Origin: Trichodesmium erythraeum IMS101
GTDB taxonomy: Bacteria > Cyanobacteriota > Cyanobacteriia > Cyanobacteriales > Microcoleaceae
NCBI RefSeq assembly: GCF_000014265.1
Contig: NC_008312.1
Location: forward strand, 5,160,001 to 5,192,000
Reading direction: 5' to 3'
Length of the DNA: 32,000 nt
Shown: one piece after another, positions 18,282-27,566 of the stretch
How the letters are laid out: every line of letters starts with the position of its first letter
Position numbering within the stretch: position 1 is the stretch's first letter
Made by a program: the position numbers and the translations under genes
Notes under the pieces: model-generated
The model's input: the letters and a program-made list of their open reading frames with translations, nothing else
Told to the model about the DNA's origin: nothing
Database searches by the model: none

Positions 18282-19120
18282 CTTGTGACTTACACAAAGT
18301 GGCGTTGGTGAATTAAGGTATGATTCGAGTTTATAGCGATCGCTGTGAATATCTATAAGGAACTAGAACATCCTAAAATTGATACTTAATGAATCAGTAA
18401 GTGAATTAAATGCTTTAACTTCTCGGAATTATTTTGATTAGCAAAGAGTCCTTCAATGTCATCTGGCAAAATAGTGCTGAAGTCTAGTATTTTCTCCAAC
18501 TACAATGGTCATATAGGTTTTACTGATAATTTTATCCCCATCATTAATAGGCCTTGGCACATACTTTCCATCCATCTGTAAAATAAAAATAACATTCCCA
18601 TTTTTTAACTTGTTCCCATCAAGGATAAAATATTTTTCCAATACGATTTCCAATAACCCATTCTAAAATTCCTTTTTTAAAATGATTTACTGCGGTTCAT
18701 ATCCAAATTTGGGTTTTTTTGAGCCTAATTATATCTGTAATTCGTCTAGATCTCCTACTTGAGGAGTTTTTTGAGGAGAGTAAGAATGTGATAATAGTTT
18801 TTCTACTTGTTTAATTGAGTTGATAATTGTAGTATGGTGTAGCTTTTTGACTCTTGATATTTCTCTTAAGCTCATACCATTAACATACATTTTTAAGCAT
18901 TCATCTGTGAATTAATCACTATAACCTGTATAAGTTTCATAGCAATCAATAAATTGACGACCAGATTCTACACAGATGTAGTTTTGCCTTCCTTTATTTT
19001 GGCCATTTTTATTGATATGAGTTGATTGACATTCTGAACATTCCATAATTTTTCTGCCTAAGATCGCGATCGCTATGAACTCAAATCATACCTTCATTTA
19101 TCAACCCTGCATAAGTCAAG
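18282..19120 (-). mobile_element. IS1-family-like insertion sequence (about 0.84 kb) with imperfect 45-55 bp terminal inverted repeats and an inactivated transposase
   Basis: The left end (ggcgttggtgaattaaggtatgattcgagtttatagcgatcgc, 18301-18343) is the imperfect reverse complement of the right end (gcgatcgctatgaactcaaatcataccttcatttatcaaccctgc, 19066-19110). The internal minus-strand frame encodes zinc-finger, HTH and DELxxxGSKK motifs. Confidence 0.6.
18459..19046 (-). pseudogene. IS1-like transposase reading frame interrupted by four in-frame stop codons
   Basis: A single frame from ATG 19046 reads MECSECQSTHINKNGQNKGRQNYICVESGRQF...* ...YVNGMSLREISRVKKLHHTTIINSIKQ...GDLDELQI* LGSKKPKFGYEPQ* ...* ...KTYMTIVVGENTRLQHYFAR*. 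Stops are at 18912-14 (TAA), 18729-31 (TAA), 18687-89 (TAA) and 18663-65 (TAG). No frameshift is needed. Confidence 0.6.
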
Positions 19121-19124
19121 CTAT

Positions 19125-19640
19125 CCTCATTATCGGAGTCGGTAGTCGAAAATTTGCCAACTGTAGCACCTGGCGTTACATTCTCGTCAACAGTATTGTT
19201 CTCAAGCTAGAGATCTGTGGGAGCAGAGTTGTCGTCTAAAAAATTAAAAGTTTCTACAGAACTACTTAGAAAACTTTCATCCTCAGTTGCAAGAAGATCG
19301 AAAGCAACTGCATTTACTCTATTTTCATCAGTACTAATTCCATCATCCATCAATAATTATGAAAACTGTTCTTTCCCACCCGACTGAGTCCAACTAGCAT
19401 TGACTATATCTACCTTGGCATCGTTAATTGCATAATCTATAACCTCAATAATATCAGAATCATCCCCAACTGGAATCTCATCTAGAGCAACATCAGACTA
19501 AGTAAAGTTAAAGGCTTTCACAGGAACCATTTCGACATTCCAATTTACCCCAAGGGACTTGCGTAAAAATAGGATCCCTGCTAAAATAAAAGAGGCAGCA
19601 ACTAGCAGATTTATAGAAGCAACTACTTGCAGGTTGGAAG
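19125..19640 (-). pseudogene. fragment of a large secreted protein (cadherin-like repeat, possibly preceded by a subtilase-like segment), truncated by the IS
   Basis: Minus-strand translation gives ...DSDIIEVIDYAINDAKVDIVNASWTQSGG...FLDDNSAPTDL*LENNTVDENVTPGATVGKFSTTDSDNEDS. This contains a DxNxxAP linker and the V.EN...G..VG....D.D pattern of cadherin-type domains. In-frame stops are present, and the frame ends at the IS boundary (19120). Confidence 0.45.
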
Positions 19641-20426
19641 CAAAGGAATCTCTAGAATTCTACTACTAAACAATTGAATTAAATCAACCTTTGAAGATGC
19701 AGCGAAGAAACTGAGGGAACATCATAAGCGTGACTTTATGGCAAGAATTGCTGAGAAAAAACCAGGAAGATGCACGAGCATACATTGAGCATTACATGAA
19801 AATTTCTGAAGTGGCAGCAAATATTCAATCCTGGCTTTTTCAAAACAATATGAGCGAAACACAATTATGTCAAGGTTTGGTAACTGAAGGCGGGAATAAT
19901 TTTATGTACTTGAGTCGGGTATGAGTTGGGTTTATCCCCTCTAACCACCGGGAAGTGTTGGAAAACACAGGGTAGCACTGGGAATGGGGGAAATGAAAAA
20001 GCATAATATGCGTCACAATTTAGAGGAATATTACCACAGTTTGTGGGCAAAAATGGCAGGTAACGGTTTGTCAGAAATTGAGTTAGGAATTCTAAGAGTA
20101 AAAGTCTGGGGAAGAAGAAGCAGTTTCTGTGGAAAGAATAGCTCAATTCATAGATTAGATATTGATGAATCTTATATTATCTAGAGGAAGTGTTAGAAAT
20201 TTGGCTCGAATTTTTATCTTGGCAAGAAATAGGAGGAAAAGTTTTCTACAGTTTATATCGTTCGAGTTTCTGTAACTTTTTGCGGCTATAGAACCTCTAC
20301 AGGTATCTCTAAAAAATTATAAGAGGATATAGCTGCCACCACCTTCCTTTGATAACTCCAACCTCTTAAGCGTCAGTCAAATAAAACAAAAATTAATCTT
20401 GGCATCGGCATTTTCGGTGAGTTCTT

Positions 20427-20700
20427 TCAAAGGTTTTTGGTCAAGCTCTTACATCTCCCCATCCAAGAGTTAGTTCTCTCAATAAAACACCTTGTTTTGA
20501 CGGGAACAAATCCTGTTTTTCTTTCCTGTTTTTTCTCTCCTAATGATTGTTTTGGTGAGAGTTTCAGTCAAATTTTATCAGAACCCCAGGATAGATTTTT
20601 TGAACTCCTGTATGTTTTTTTTGGGTGGTATCCATTACCAAGTCAAATGGTAATCTTAGGGATATTTACAGTTTTAGATTTAAAATAGTCAATATTTGAT
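20427..20700 (-). pseudogene. IS5-family (IS4/IS5 superfamily) DDE transposase C-terminal fragment
   Basis: Minus-strand translation gives LGNGYHPKKTYRSSKNLSWGSDKI*LKLSPKQSLGEKKQERKTGFVPVKTRCFIERTNSWMGRCKSLTKNL*. It resembles the ..DKGYDS...R..L...G / YK.R..VERTNAWL..FK.L..R.E signature. In-frame stops are present and no upstream catalytic region is seen. Confidence 0.45.
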
Positions 20701-21206
20701 AACATTTCTATCAAACTAATATCATCTGCTAGATTAAGATATTTTCAACTTACTCCTTCTGCAAAAAGGCTTAAAGGCAAAGGCATCTACAAAACCAGGT
20801 ATTACTTTGAGTAACTATCAAGAATCTCCCATCCGTCATTTTCATTTTTATTTGGACAAATATTTGAGTTAACATCAAGTCAAGTTGAAAAGTTATAATT
20901 TAAAGTATGGTGTTGTTTTTTTACTTCTTTGTCCATTTGATACCCTTGTCCACTTTATCTGATCCTATTGTTAAAACTTTTTATAATTATTTATTATATA
21001 ACAATAACTTATATTACGAGTTATTGCTCCCATTACTAGGCACTCTTAGTTTTAGAAAAGTACATTTAAGTTAGAATTAATAAATAAAAGTTTACATTTT
21101 TTTTGTATTTATGGCCACTTAATATGGTGAGTAATTAGTAAACAGCATAATTATAAGGGATATATCTCCCATATGACTATCAACATCTGAATAAGAGGAA
21201 GCAAAA

Positions 21207-23684
21207 ATGTTTGAACGTTTTACAGAACAATCAATCAAAGTAATTATGTTAGCTCAGGAAGAGGCCCGTCGCTTAGGGCATAACTTTGTGGGAACAGAGC
21301 AAATTCTTCTGGGGTTAATTGGTGAAGGTACAGGTATTGCCTCTAAAGTACTGAAGGAAAATGGTGTAAATCTCAAAGATGCTCGGAACGAAGTAGAAAA
21401 AATTATTGGCCGTGGTTCTGGGTTTACTCCAGCAGAAATTCCTTTTACTCCCAGAGTAAAAAGGATGTTAGAAATTTCTCTAGAAGAAGCGAGGAAATTA
21501 GACCATAATTATATTGGCACAGAACATTTGCTACTGGGATTACTACAAGATTCTGAAGGAGTAGCTGCTAAAGTATTGGACAACTTGGGAGTTGATAAAG
21601 GTAAAATTCGGACTCAAGTAATTCGCTCCCTGGGAGAAGTTGCTGCTGTTGCTCCTGGGGGTTCTACCCCTAGTGGTAAGAAAGCTGTTACTCTAGAAGA
21701 GTTTGGTACAGACTTAACAAAATTAGCAGCAGAGGGTAAGATAGATCCAATAGTAGGCCGAAAAACTGAAATTGAACGAGTGATACAAGTCTTAGGCCGT
21801 AGGACAAAAAATAATCCTGTTCTTATTGGTGAACCTGGAGTAGGAAAAACAGCTCTTGCTGAGGGATTAGCTCAACGGATCATTAATCAAGATGTTCCCG
21901 ATATCCTAGAAAATAAACAGGTGGTTAGTCTCAATATTGGTTCTCTGATAGCTGGTACTAGGTTTAGAGGAGAATTTGAGGAAAGATTGAAAAAAATAAT
22001 GGATGAAATTCGTGCTAATGGTAACATTATTTTGGTAATTGATGAAATTCACACTGTTGTAGGTGCTGGTGCTATTGAGGGTAGCATGGATGCTGCTAAT
22101 ATTCTCAAACCTGCTTTGGCAAGGGGTGAGTTACAATGTATTGGAGCGACTACCCTAGATGAATATCGCAAGCATATTGAAAGAGATGCTGCTCTCGAAC
22201 GTCGTTTCCAACCAGTGAAAGTCGGTGAACCCAGTGTAGAACAGACTATTGAAATTCTTTATGGGGTACGCTCTGCTTATGAACAACACCACAGGTTAAC
22301 TATTTCTGATGAGGCTCTTAGAGCTGCAGCTCAGTTATCTGATCGCTATATTAGTGACCGCTTCTTACCAGATAAAGCTATTGACCTTATTGACGAAGCT
22401 GGTTCCCGTGTTAGAGTGAAAAATTCTATGGTTTCACCACAGTTAAGGGAACTAAGACGAGAGCTTTCTAGAGTGATAAAAGACAAAGAAGAAACTGTTC
22501 GTCAACAAGATTTTGAAAAAGCTAGTCAACTGCGCGATCGTGAACTAGGCATTCAAGCAGAGATTGAAGAAACTACCTCTAACAAACAAGACAAAAAAAA
22601 CAGTAAGTCTCCTGTAGTGACTGAAGACGATATTGCTGATATTGTCGCATCTTGGACTGGAGTCCCTGTGAGTAAGTTGACAGAATCAGAGTCTGAGAAA
22701 CTATTACATATAGAAGATACTTTGCATCAACGCCTTATTGGTCAAGAAGATGCAGTGAAAGCTGTTTCCCGTGCTTTACGTCGGGCTCGTGTTGGTTTGA
22801 AGAACCCTAAGCGACCTATTGCTAGTTTTATTTTCTCTGGTCCGACTGGTGTTGGGAAAACAGAACTGACAAAAGCATTAGCTGCTTATTTCTTTGGTTC
22901 TGAAGAGGCGATGATTAGGTTAGATATGTCAGAATATATGGAACGTCATACCGTTTCTAAACTTGTTGGTTCTCCTCCAGGATTTGTAGGTTATGATGAA
23001 GGTGGGCAATTAACGGAAGCTGTACGTCGTCGTCCGTACACTGTAGTTTTGTTTGATGAGATTGAAAAGGCTCATCCAGATGTATTTAATATTATGCTGC
23101 AAGTTCTCGAGGATGGTCGTTTAACTGACTCTAAGGGTCGAGTAGTAGATTTTAAGAATACCTTAATCATTATGACTTCTAATATCGGTTCTCAAGTGAT
23201 TGAGAAAGGTGGCGGTGGTTTAGGGTTTGAGTTTGCTGAGGATAAAGAAGAAGCTCAATATAATCGTATTCGTAATTTGGTTAATGAGGAACTGAAACAA
23301 TATTTTCGCCCAGAATTTCTAAACCGTTTGGATGAAATTATTGTTTTCCGTCAGTTGACTAAGGATGAGGTTAAAGAGATTGCAGAAATTATGCTACGGG
23401 AGGTATTTAGTCGTTTAGGGGATCGTGAAATTACTCTGACAGTCAGCGATAAGTTTAAAGATCGTTTGATAGAAGATGGATTCGATCCTAGTTACGGAGC
23501 TAGACCTCTACGTCGAGCTATTATGCGTTTGTTAGAAGATGTTTTGGCAGAAGCGTTATTAGCTGGTAAGATTCAGGATGGGGAAAATGTTTATGTAGAT
23601 TTAGATGAAAACCGTGAGGTAAAAGTTACACCTATTGGCAATTCTGAAAAACAACTCCCGGAGTTTGCTTACAGCAATAATTAA
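21207..23684 (+). CDS. clpC: ATP-dependent Clp protease ATP-binding subunit ClpC
   Basis: 825 aa with the N-terminal Clp repeat domain ([37 protein letters not shown]), two AAA+ modules with Walker A motifs GEPGVGKT and GPTGVGKT, and a UVR-like linker ([14 protein letters not shown]). GAGGA lies upstream of the ATG. Confidence 0.97.
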   Translation: MFERFTEQSIKVIMLAQEEARRLGHNFVGTEQILLGLIGEGTGIASKVLKENGVNLKDARNEVEKIIGRGSGFTPAEIPFTPRVKRMLEISLEEARKLDHNYIGTEHLLLGLLQDSEGVAAKVLDNLGVDKGKIRTQVIRSLGEVAAVAPGGSTPSGKKAVTLEEFGTDLTKLAAEGKIDPIVGRKTEIERVIQVLGRRTKNNPVLIGEPGVGKTALAEGLAQRIINQDVPDILENKQVVSLNIGSLIAGTRFRGEFEERLKKIMDEIRANGNIILVIDEIHTVVGAGAIEGSMDAANILKPALARGELQCIGATTLDEYRKHIERDAALERRFQPVKVGEPSVEQTIEILYGVRSAYEQHHRLTISDEALRAAAQLSDRYISDRFLPDKAIDLIDEAGSRVRVKNSMVSPQLRELRRELSRVIKDKEETVRQQDFEKASQLRDRELGIQAEIEETTSNKQDKKNSKSPVVTEDDIADIVASWTGVPVSKLTESESEKLLHIEDTLHQRLIGQEDAVKAVSRALRRARVGLKNPKRPIASFIFSGPTGVGKTELTKALAAYFFGSEEAMIRLDMSEYMERHTVSKLVGSPPGFVGYDEGGQLTEAVRRRPYTVVLFDEIEKAHPDVFNIMLQVLEDGRLTDSKGRVVDFKNTLIIMTSNIGSQVIEKGGGGLGFEFAEDKEEAQYNRIRNLVNEELKQYFRPEFLNRLDEIIVFRQLTKDEVKEIAEIMLREVFSRLGDREITLTVSDKFKDRLIEDGFDPSYGARPLRRAIMRLLEDVLAEALLAGKIQDGENVYVDLDENREVKVTPIGNSEKQLPEFAYSNN

Positions 23685-23724
23685 AAAAATCTCTGGAAAT
23701 TATCTCAACTTTTTTCAAGCTATT

Positions 23725-23752
23725 TTAGAGACGTTTTATACAACGTCTCTAA
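23725..23752 (+). terminator. hairpin downstream of clpC
   Basis: Perfect 11-bp stem ttagagacgtt (23725-23735) / aacgtctctaa (23742-23752) with a 6-nt loop, 41 nt after the clpC stop. There is no long U-tract. Confidence 0.55.
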
Positions 23753-23786
23753 TGTTGACTATAAATGGTATCAAAGCATTATATTT

Positions 23787-23892
23787 AGGACTTACCCATA
23801 ACGCTATTAGTAGGATGTGTTTCGTTCACGATATGAAAAGCGCACTGCGTAATGCACCAAGATTCTATATATAGTGCCTTTGCGTAAGTCCT
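23787..23892. repeat. hairpin-forming dispersed repeat (copy E2), termini AGGACTTAC...GTAAGTCCT
   Basis: 23787-23795 pairs perfectly (9 bp) with 23884-23892. The left end aggacttacccataac matches E1 (gaacttacccataac). The right end ...tatatagtgcctttgcgtaagtcct matches the other copies. Confidence 0.7.
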
Positions 23893-24254
23893 GACCACTA
23901 TATTGCAACCAACCAAAGTTGAGGTGACTCTTCGTCCTGAAGATATAAAAATGGTAGAATATGTGAGCAAAATTTAAGCTCGGCTTTTTTTTTATTCTTT
24001 TTAGTTCCTAAATTTCTATTTGTAGTCAACATTAGATATATATCAATAATATCCAATCCGTTAGTATCGCTAGAATTGAAGACTGTAGGGGTTTGGTCTC
24101 TAAACCCTCTAAAAACTACAGTTTTCCACAATACTGATCCTAGAGCTTTGTTTTCTCAAGTAAGCGTATTTGATATACTATCATGTGCGATACCATTAGT
24201 ATAGTATTATATAGAAAAGATCAGGGCAAACGCACACAAAACTTAACATAAGCA

Positions 24255-24343
24255 GGACTTACGGATATAAACTCAATATAGTGGTTCAACTTCAAATTAT
24301 TACCTATTTATACGCGCTTATATAGCAGTATGTCCGTAAGTCC
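24255..24343. repeat. hairpin-forming dispersed repeat (copy E3), termini GGACTTACGGA...TCCGTAAGTCC
   Basis: Perfect 11-bp terminal inverted repeat (24255-24265 / 24333-24343), extendable to 15 bp with one mismatch. The interior gcgcttatatag...gtaagtcc also occurs as a half copy at 3031-3050. Confidence 0.7.
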
Positions 24344-24356
24344 CGAGCAGAAAAAT

Positions 24357-24689
24357 TCAACAGGAATGCTCATCTGCTTTGGGGGTTTCCAAAAGTTGAA
24401 TATCGTTGTTCAAGATATCCAACCCTTTTTTACCCAAAGCTTCTGTCAAAACCATTTGAATTTCAGTAGCACTTTGCTCCTTAGCGCTCTCGAGTTCTTC
24501 CTCAATTTTTTGGATAATTTTTTGTTCAATTTTAGCTAGAAATTGAGAGGCATCAATACTTGAATAACGACGTTTAATACCTGAATCAAATTCATCTCCA
24601 ACTACAGGTGTATTTTTATAAATTAGCTCATTAACACTCTTATTTAATTCGCCAAAAAAGTCACTGATACCGTTAGTAATGAATGCTAT
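24357..24689 (-). pseudogene. start-less 110-codon open frame resembling an N-terminal module of large RTX/adhesin-type proteins
   Basis: My translation is IAFITNGISDFFGELNKSVNELIYKNTPVVGDEFDSGIKRRYSSIDASQFLAKIEQKIIQKIEEELESAKEQSATEIQMVLTEALGKKGLDILNNDIQLLETPKADEHSC*. There is no ATG/GTG/TTG before codon 79. It begins immediately after a TAG (24690-24692). Confidence 0.3.
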
Positions 24690-24693
24690 CTAA

Positions 24694-25185
24694 TCAACCG
24701 TCTCCTTCATAAGAATTATCTGGTTTTTCTTCCTTACCCGGTTTTCCATCATCAACTTCTTCTTTGGTGGGAATAGTCTTGATTATAGATGATCGAGATA
24801 GTTGGCGATCGCTAAACTTCAAATTTTCAACATTAATTAATTTATCTTTCCCATCAGATTTAGTTCCCTTAGTATGTTGAAGATTTAGAAATTCCAACCC
24901 ATTTTCTTTTACTTTGGAGATTTTGTAATTGGCATATTTGTCAGAAAAAACCGCCGTATCTTTACCTTCACCACCATCAACTAAATCATTGACACCGTTT
25001 CCTTTTAGGGTATCGTTTTCTTCATCACCATGTAAAAAATCATTACCTTTTTTGCCTGTAATGTTGTCTTTACCACCTTCACCGAATATTAAATGAGCAT
25101 CGTTACTTTTGGCGCTGAGATAATCATCACCTTTTTTCTTGATAAATTTATCAACAATGATATTTTCAATTTTTTTCTTTTCTTT
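24694..25185 (-). pseudogene. 5'-truncated hemolysin-type calcium-binding (RTX) repeat protein fragment
   Basis: The frame is open from 25185 with no start codon until the TTG at 24897. It has five consecutive nonapeptide repeats (GEGGKDNIT GKKGNDFLH GDEENDTLK GNGVNDLVD GGEGKDTAV), followed by the usual FS..YANYKI...GTKSDGKDKLINVENLKFSD tail. Confidence 0.6.
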
Positions 25186-25199
25186 TTAATAAACCGCTT

Positions 25200-25560
25200 G
25201 ATTTCGCAAGTTAACTTCTGTAGTTGGTTGTACTCCAACAGGTGTCCATACTCGTCATCAAATTTGCTTCAGGCCCAAACGATGTTCACACATTGCCCGG
25301 AGCTCCAAAGTAGCTTCTGGATATTCAGCTTTTAAAAGTTCAAATCAGTGATAGAGTTTTTTTCCATTCCTCTTATTCGACTGGAGTTGCTGACTTTTTA
25401 TGCAAAGGATCGGGAGATTCGTAATAATTATTCTATTGAGAGTATTCTCATACTCTGCGACGAGCAACTCAATAGTCCAAAAATTTCTGTTAACCAATCG
25501 CCCATCTTACGTCCATTCCATAATTCTCTATCTGGCGCTTTCTCCTAAAGAGCTATTTCT
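25200..25560 (-). pseudogene. IS630-family transposase fragment (HTH to pre-DDE region) with stops and frameshifts
   Basis: Minus-strand pieces are ELWNGRKMGDWLTEIFG, SPDPLHKKSATPVE*EEWKK and LELRAMCEHRLGLKQI..VWTPVGVQPTTEV. They match the IS630 pattern LWTG.K....I / PRP.H.K.D...QE.FKK / DE.R.GL....RR.W...G.RP. It abuts the RTX fragment at about 25190. Confidence 0.5.
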
Positions 25561-26125
25561 AGTTAAGCTTGTCCTTCATCTCAAAAAAATCCTTTTGATC
25601 CTGGATATTTATAGCCACGGTTTACAGCTCCTTTTTTACCCTGCTAATTGTAGAGACCTACAATTTACGAATACTCTTCAAACAACAGCCTGTAAGTGAA
25701 GAAACGATTAGAGTGTTGTTTTTTCTTTTGCACTTAAGCCAAATGATTTGGTATCTTATTCTTCGTATTGGGTCATGGTCACGGGTAATTCAGTAATTCC
25801 TTTCTAATTCATCAACACTCAGGTATTCTTAAATACTTAGGCATTTTAGCATAATAGTAATCAGTCATGGGAAGGAAATTATTTTAGTCTTCTTCTATTA
25901 TATACAAACAATATTATTAGACATAATATCAATACTTTGAGAATTAATCAACAAACCCTATGTTATAAAGACAACATAAATTCTATCTTTTTGTCAAGTT
26001 TGATGTGAATAAATGATGTTTATAAAGCATAGCCATGAAAGGGGATGAACAAAATCAAAATCAACTTCAGTATTTCATTCCAGACGAATATCTTAGTCAA
26101 AAGTACCGATAACTAATACCATACC

Positions 26126-26158
26126 TGATACCTAATAACTGATAACTGAAATGACCCA
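26126..26158 (+). repeat. TGATAAC-type heptamer tract plus AAATGACC box (copy 1 of a 33-nt element shared with 29450-29482)
   Basis: tgatacctaataactgataactgaaatgaccca versus tgataactaataactgataactcaaatgaccaa, 30 of 33 identical by my alignment. It lies 142 nt upstream of minC. Confidence 0.7.
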
Positions 26159-26299
26159 TACTCCCAATAATAGTTTTGTATTAGTCTAGTAGATTTAGAT
26201 TAGATTTAGATCAAAAAGTAGCATCGCTCTTGATTAATGACTGATATGATAAGATAATTTGCTTATAAGAAAAAATAAAACATATCCCATATTTTATGT

Positions 26300-27079
26300 A
26301 TGTCTGATACTTCCGTCTCAACTACTTCTACCTCAACAAAAGAAGTAAGTACCAACTTACAGGTCAGGTTCAAAACAGAGAAAGGAAAGTTGCTATTACT
26401 ATTCCCACCAGAATCCAATCATGGTGACATAGAAAGTCCAATACCTATGACCTGGACAGAAATTTGGCAACAGTTAAAGCAACGCCTCAAGGCAGGAGAG
26501 AAATTTTGGCAACCACAAACAGAAGTAGAACTCATTGCATTTGATCGCCTATTAGATACTCGTCAACTTCAAGAAATAGCCGAGGCTCTTTTAGAAGTCA
26601 AACTAAATCTCAAAAGAGTTAGCACATCACGTCGTCAAACTGCTGTAGCAGCAGCTACAGTAGGCTATTCTGTGGAACAAAAATCTACCTTGAATACCCT
26701 AAATAAAACTTCTACAAAGAAAGTTCAACCTTTAGCCGAACCACTTTATCTAGAAATGACTGTACGTTCTGGGGTAGAAATTCGGCATCCAGGTACCATA
26801 ATAATTATAGGAGACCTAAATCCAGGTGGATATGTAATTGCAGATGGGGATATTCTTATATGGGGTCGTTTACGAGGAGTAGTCCATGCAGGTGCTCAAG
26901 GAAATTCTAAGAGTGTAATTATGACTTTGCAAATGGAACCAACTCTGTTGAGGATTGCCGATAAAGTTGCTAGAGGGCCAGAAAAAGTACCAGTCCAATT
27001 TTATCCTGAAGTAGCTTATGTTCTAAACCAAGGAATTCGTATCAGCAGAGCTAAAGATTTTGCTAAGATATATCGTTAA
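26300..27079 (+). CDS. minC: septum site-determining protein MinC
   Basis: 259 aa. The C-terminal beta-helix region (RSGVEIRHPGTIIIIGDLNPGGYVIADGDILIWGRLRGVVHAGAQGN) is typical of MinC, and minD and minE follow. Confidence 0.9.
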   Translation: MSDTSVSTTSTSTKEVSTNLQVRFKTEKGKLLLLFPPESNHGDIESPIPMTWTEIWQQLKQRLKAGEKFWQPQTEVELIAFDRLLDTRQLQEIAEALLEVKLNLKRVSTSRRQTAVAAATVGYSVEQKSTLNTLNKTSTKKVQPLAEPLYLEMTVRSGVEIRHPGTIIIIGDLNPGGYVIADGDILIWGRLRGVVHAGAQGNSKSVIMTLQMEPTLLRIADKVARGPEKVPVQFYPEVAYVLNQGIRISRAKDFAKIYR

Positions 27080-27566
27080 CGCAGTGATAACTCACAAGGC
27101 GGGAAGTAAAAAGTAATTTTTGTAATGGAGATTTTGAGCAACTCTCTAAAAGTATTTCGCCTAAAAAAGCTGGTTTTTAGACCCAATTATTTTGATAAAT
27201 TGATTTAATAAAACAGCAATCCACCTATTGGTTATAATAATTTTTACAGGATTTAACTCTAACTGAAAATCCTGAAAATTACGATTCCTGAGTTTTAACT
27301 CCTAGCTTCTAACTGCCACCAAAATATTACAACTTAAATCTCCAAAATTATCTTTTTATGTTTTTCACCTATAGTAATTAATGGCCTCAATATAAAGAGT
27401 AAAAATTTAATCTGGGAAATACTCATAGAAGGGTTGAGGATATATCAGTTTTAAAGTATTTGCTAATTAACTGAATTATTTGGCAAAAAAAAATTTTATT
27501 GATAGAATTGCGCTTTGTATTTTTACAAAAATTGATTATATACAATTACTTAATGTCTAATAGCTT

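Noticed and set aside
18085-18297. 70-aa minus-strand ORF next to the IS
   Set aside because: It overlaps the partial IS-end copy. The translation has no recognisable features.
18711-18722. Programmed -1 frameshift site (A7 run, TCAAAAAAACCC on the minus strand) in the IS1-like transposase
   Set aside because: The conserved downstream residues (KKPKFGYEPQ, then KTYMTIVVGENTRLQHYFAR) continue in the same frame as the N-terminus. No frameshift is needed, and the frame is broken by nonsense codons instead.
19865-20688. ORFs 19865..20146(-), 19984..20184(+) and 20437..20688(+)
   Set aside because: They mutually overlap, or lie antisense to the IS5-like relic. Their translations are low-complexity. 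I treat them as relic or chance frames, not as genes.
23635-24131. ORFs 23635..23874(+), 23785..23970(-) and 23898..24131(-) downstream of clpC
   Set aside because: They overlap the clpC 3' end and terminator and the hairpin-repeat copies. No coding signal or motifs are present.
24330-24539. 69-aa plus-strand ORF
   Set aside because: It lies antisense to the longer, more protein-like 110-codon minus-strand frame (24357-24689). Its Phe/Leu-rich translation is typical of a shadow frame.
25093-25699. Plus-strand ORFs 25093..25335, 25348..25548 and 25400..25699
   Set aside because: They lie antisense to the RTX and IS630 relics, which carry recognisable motifs on the minus strand.
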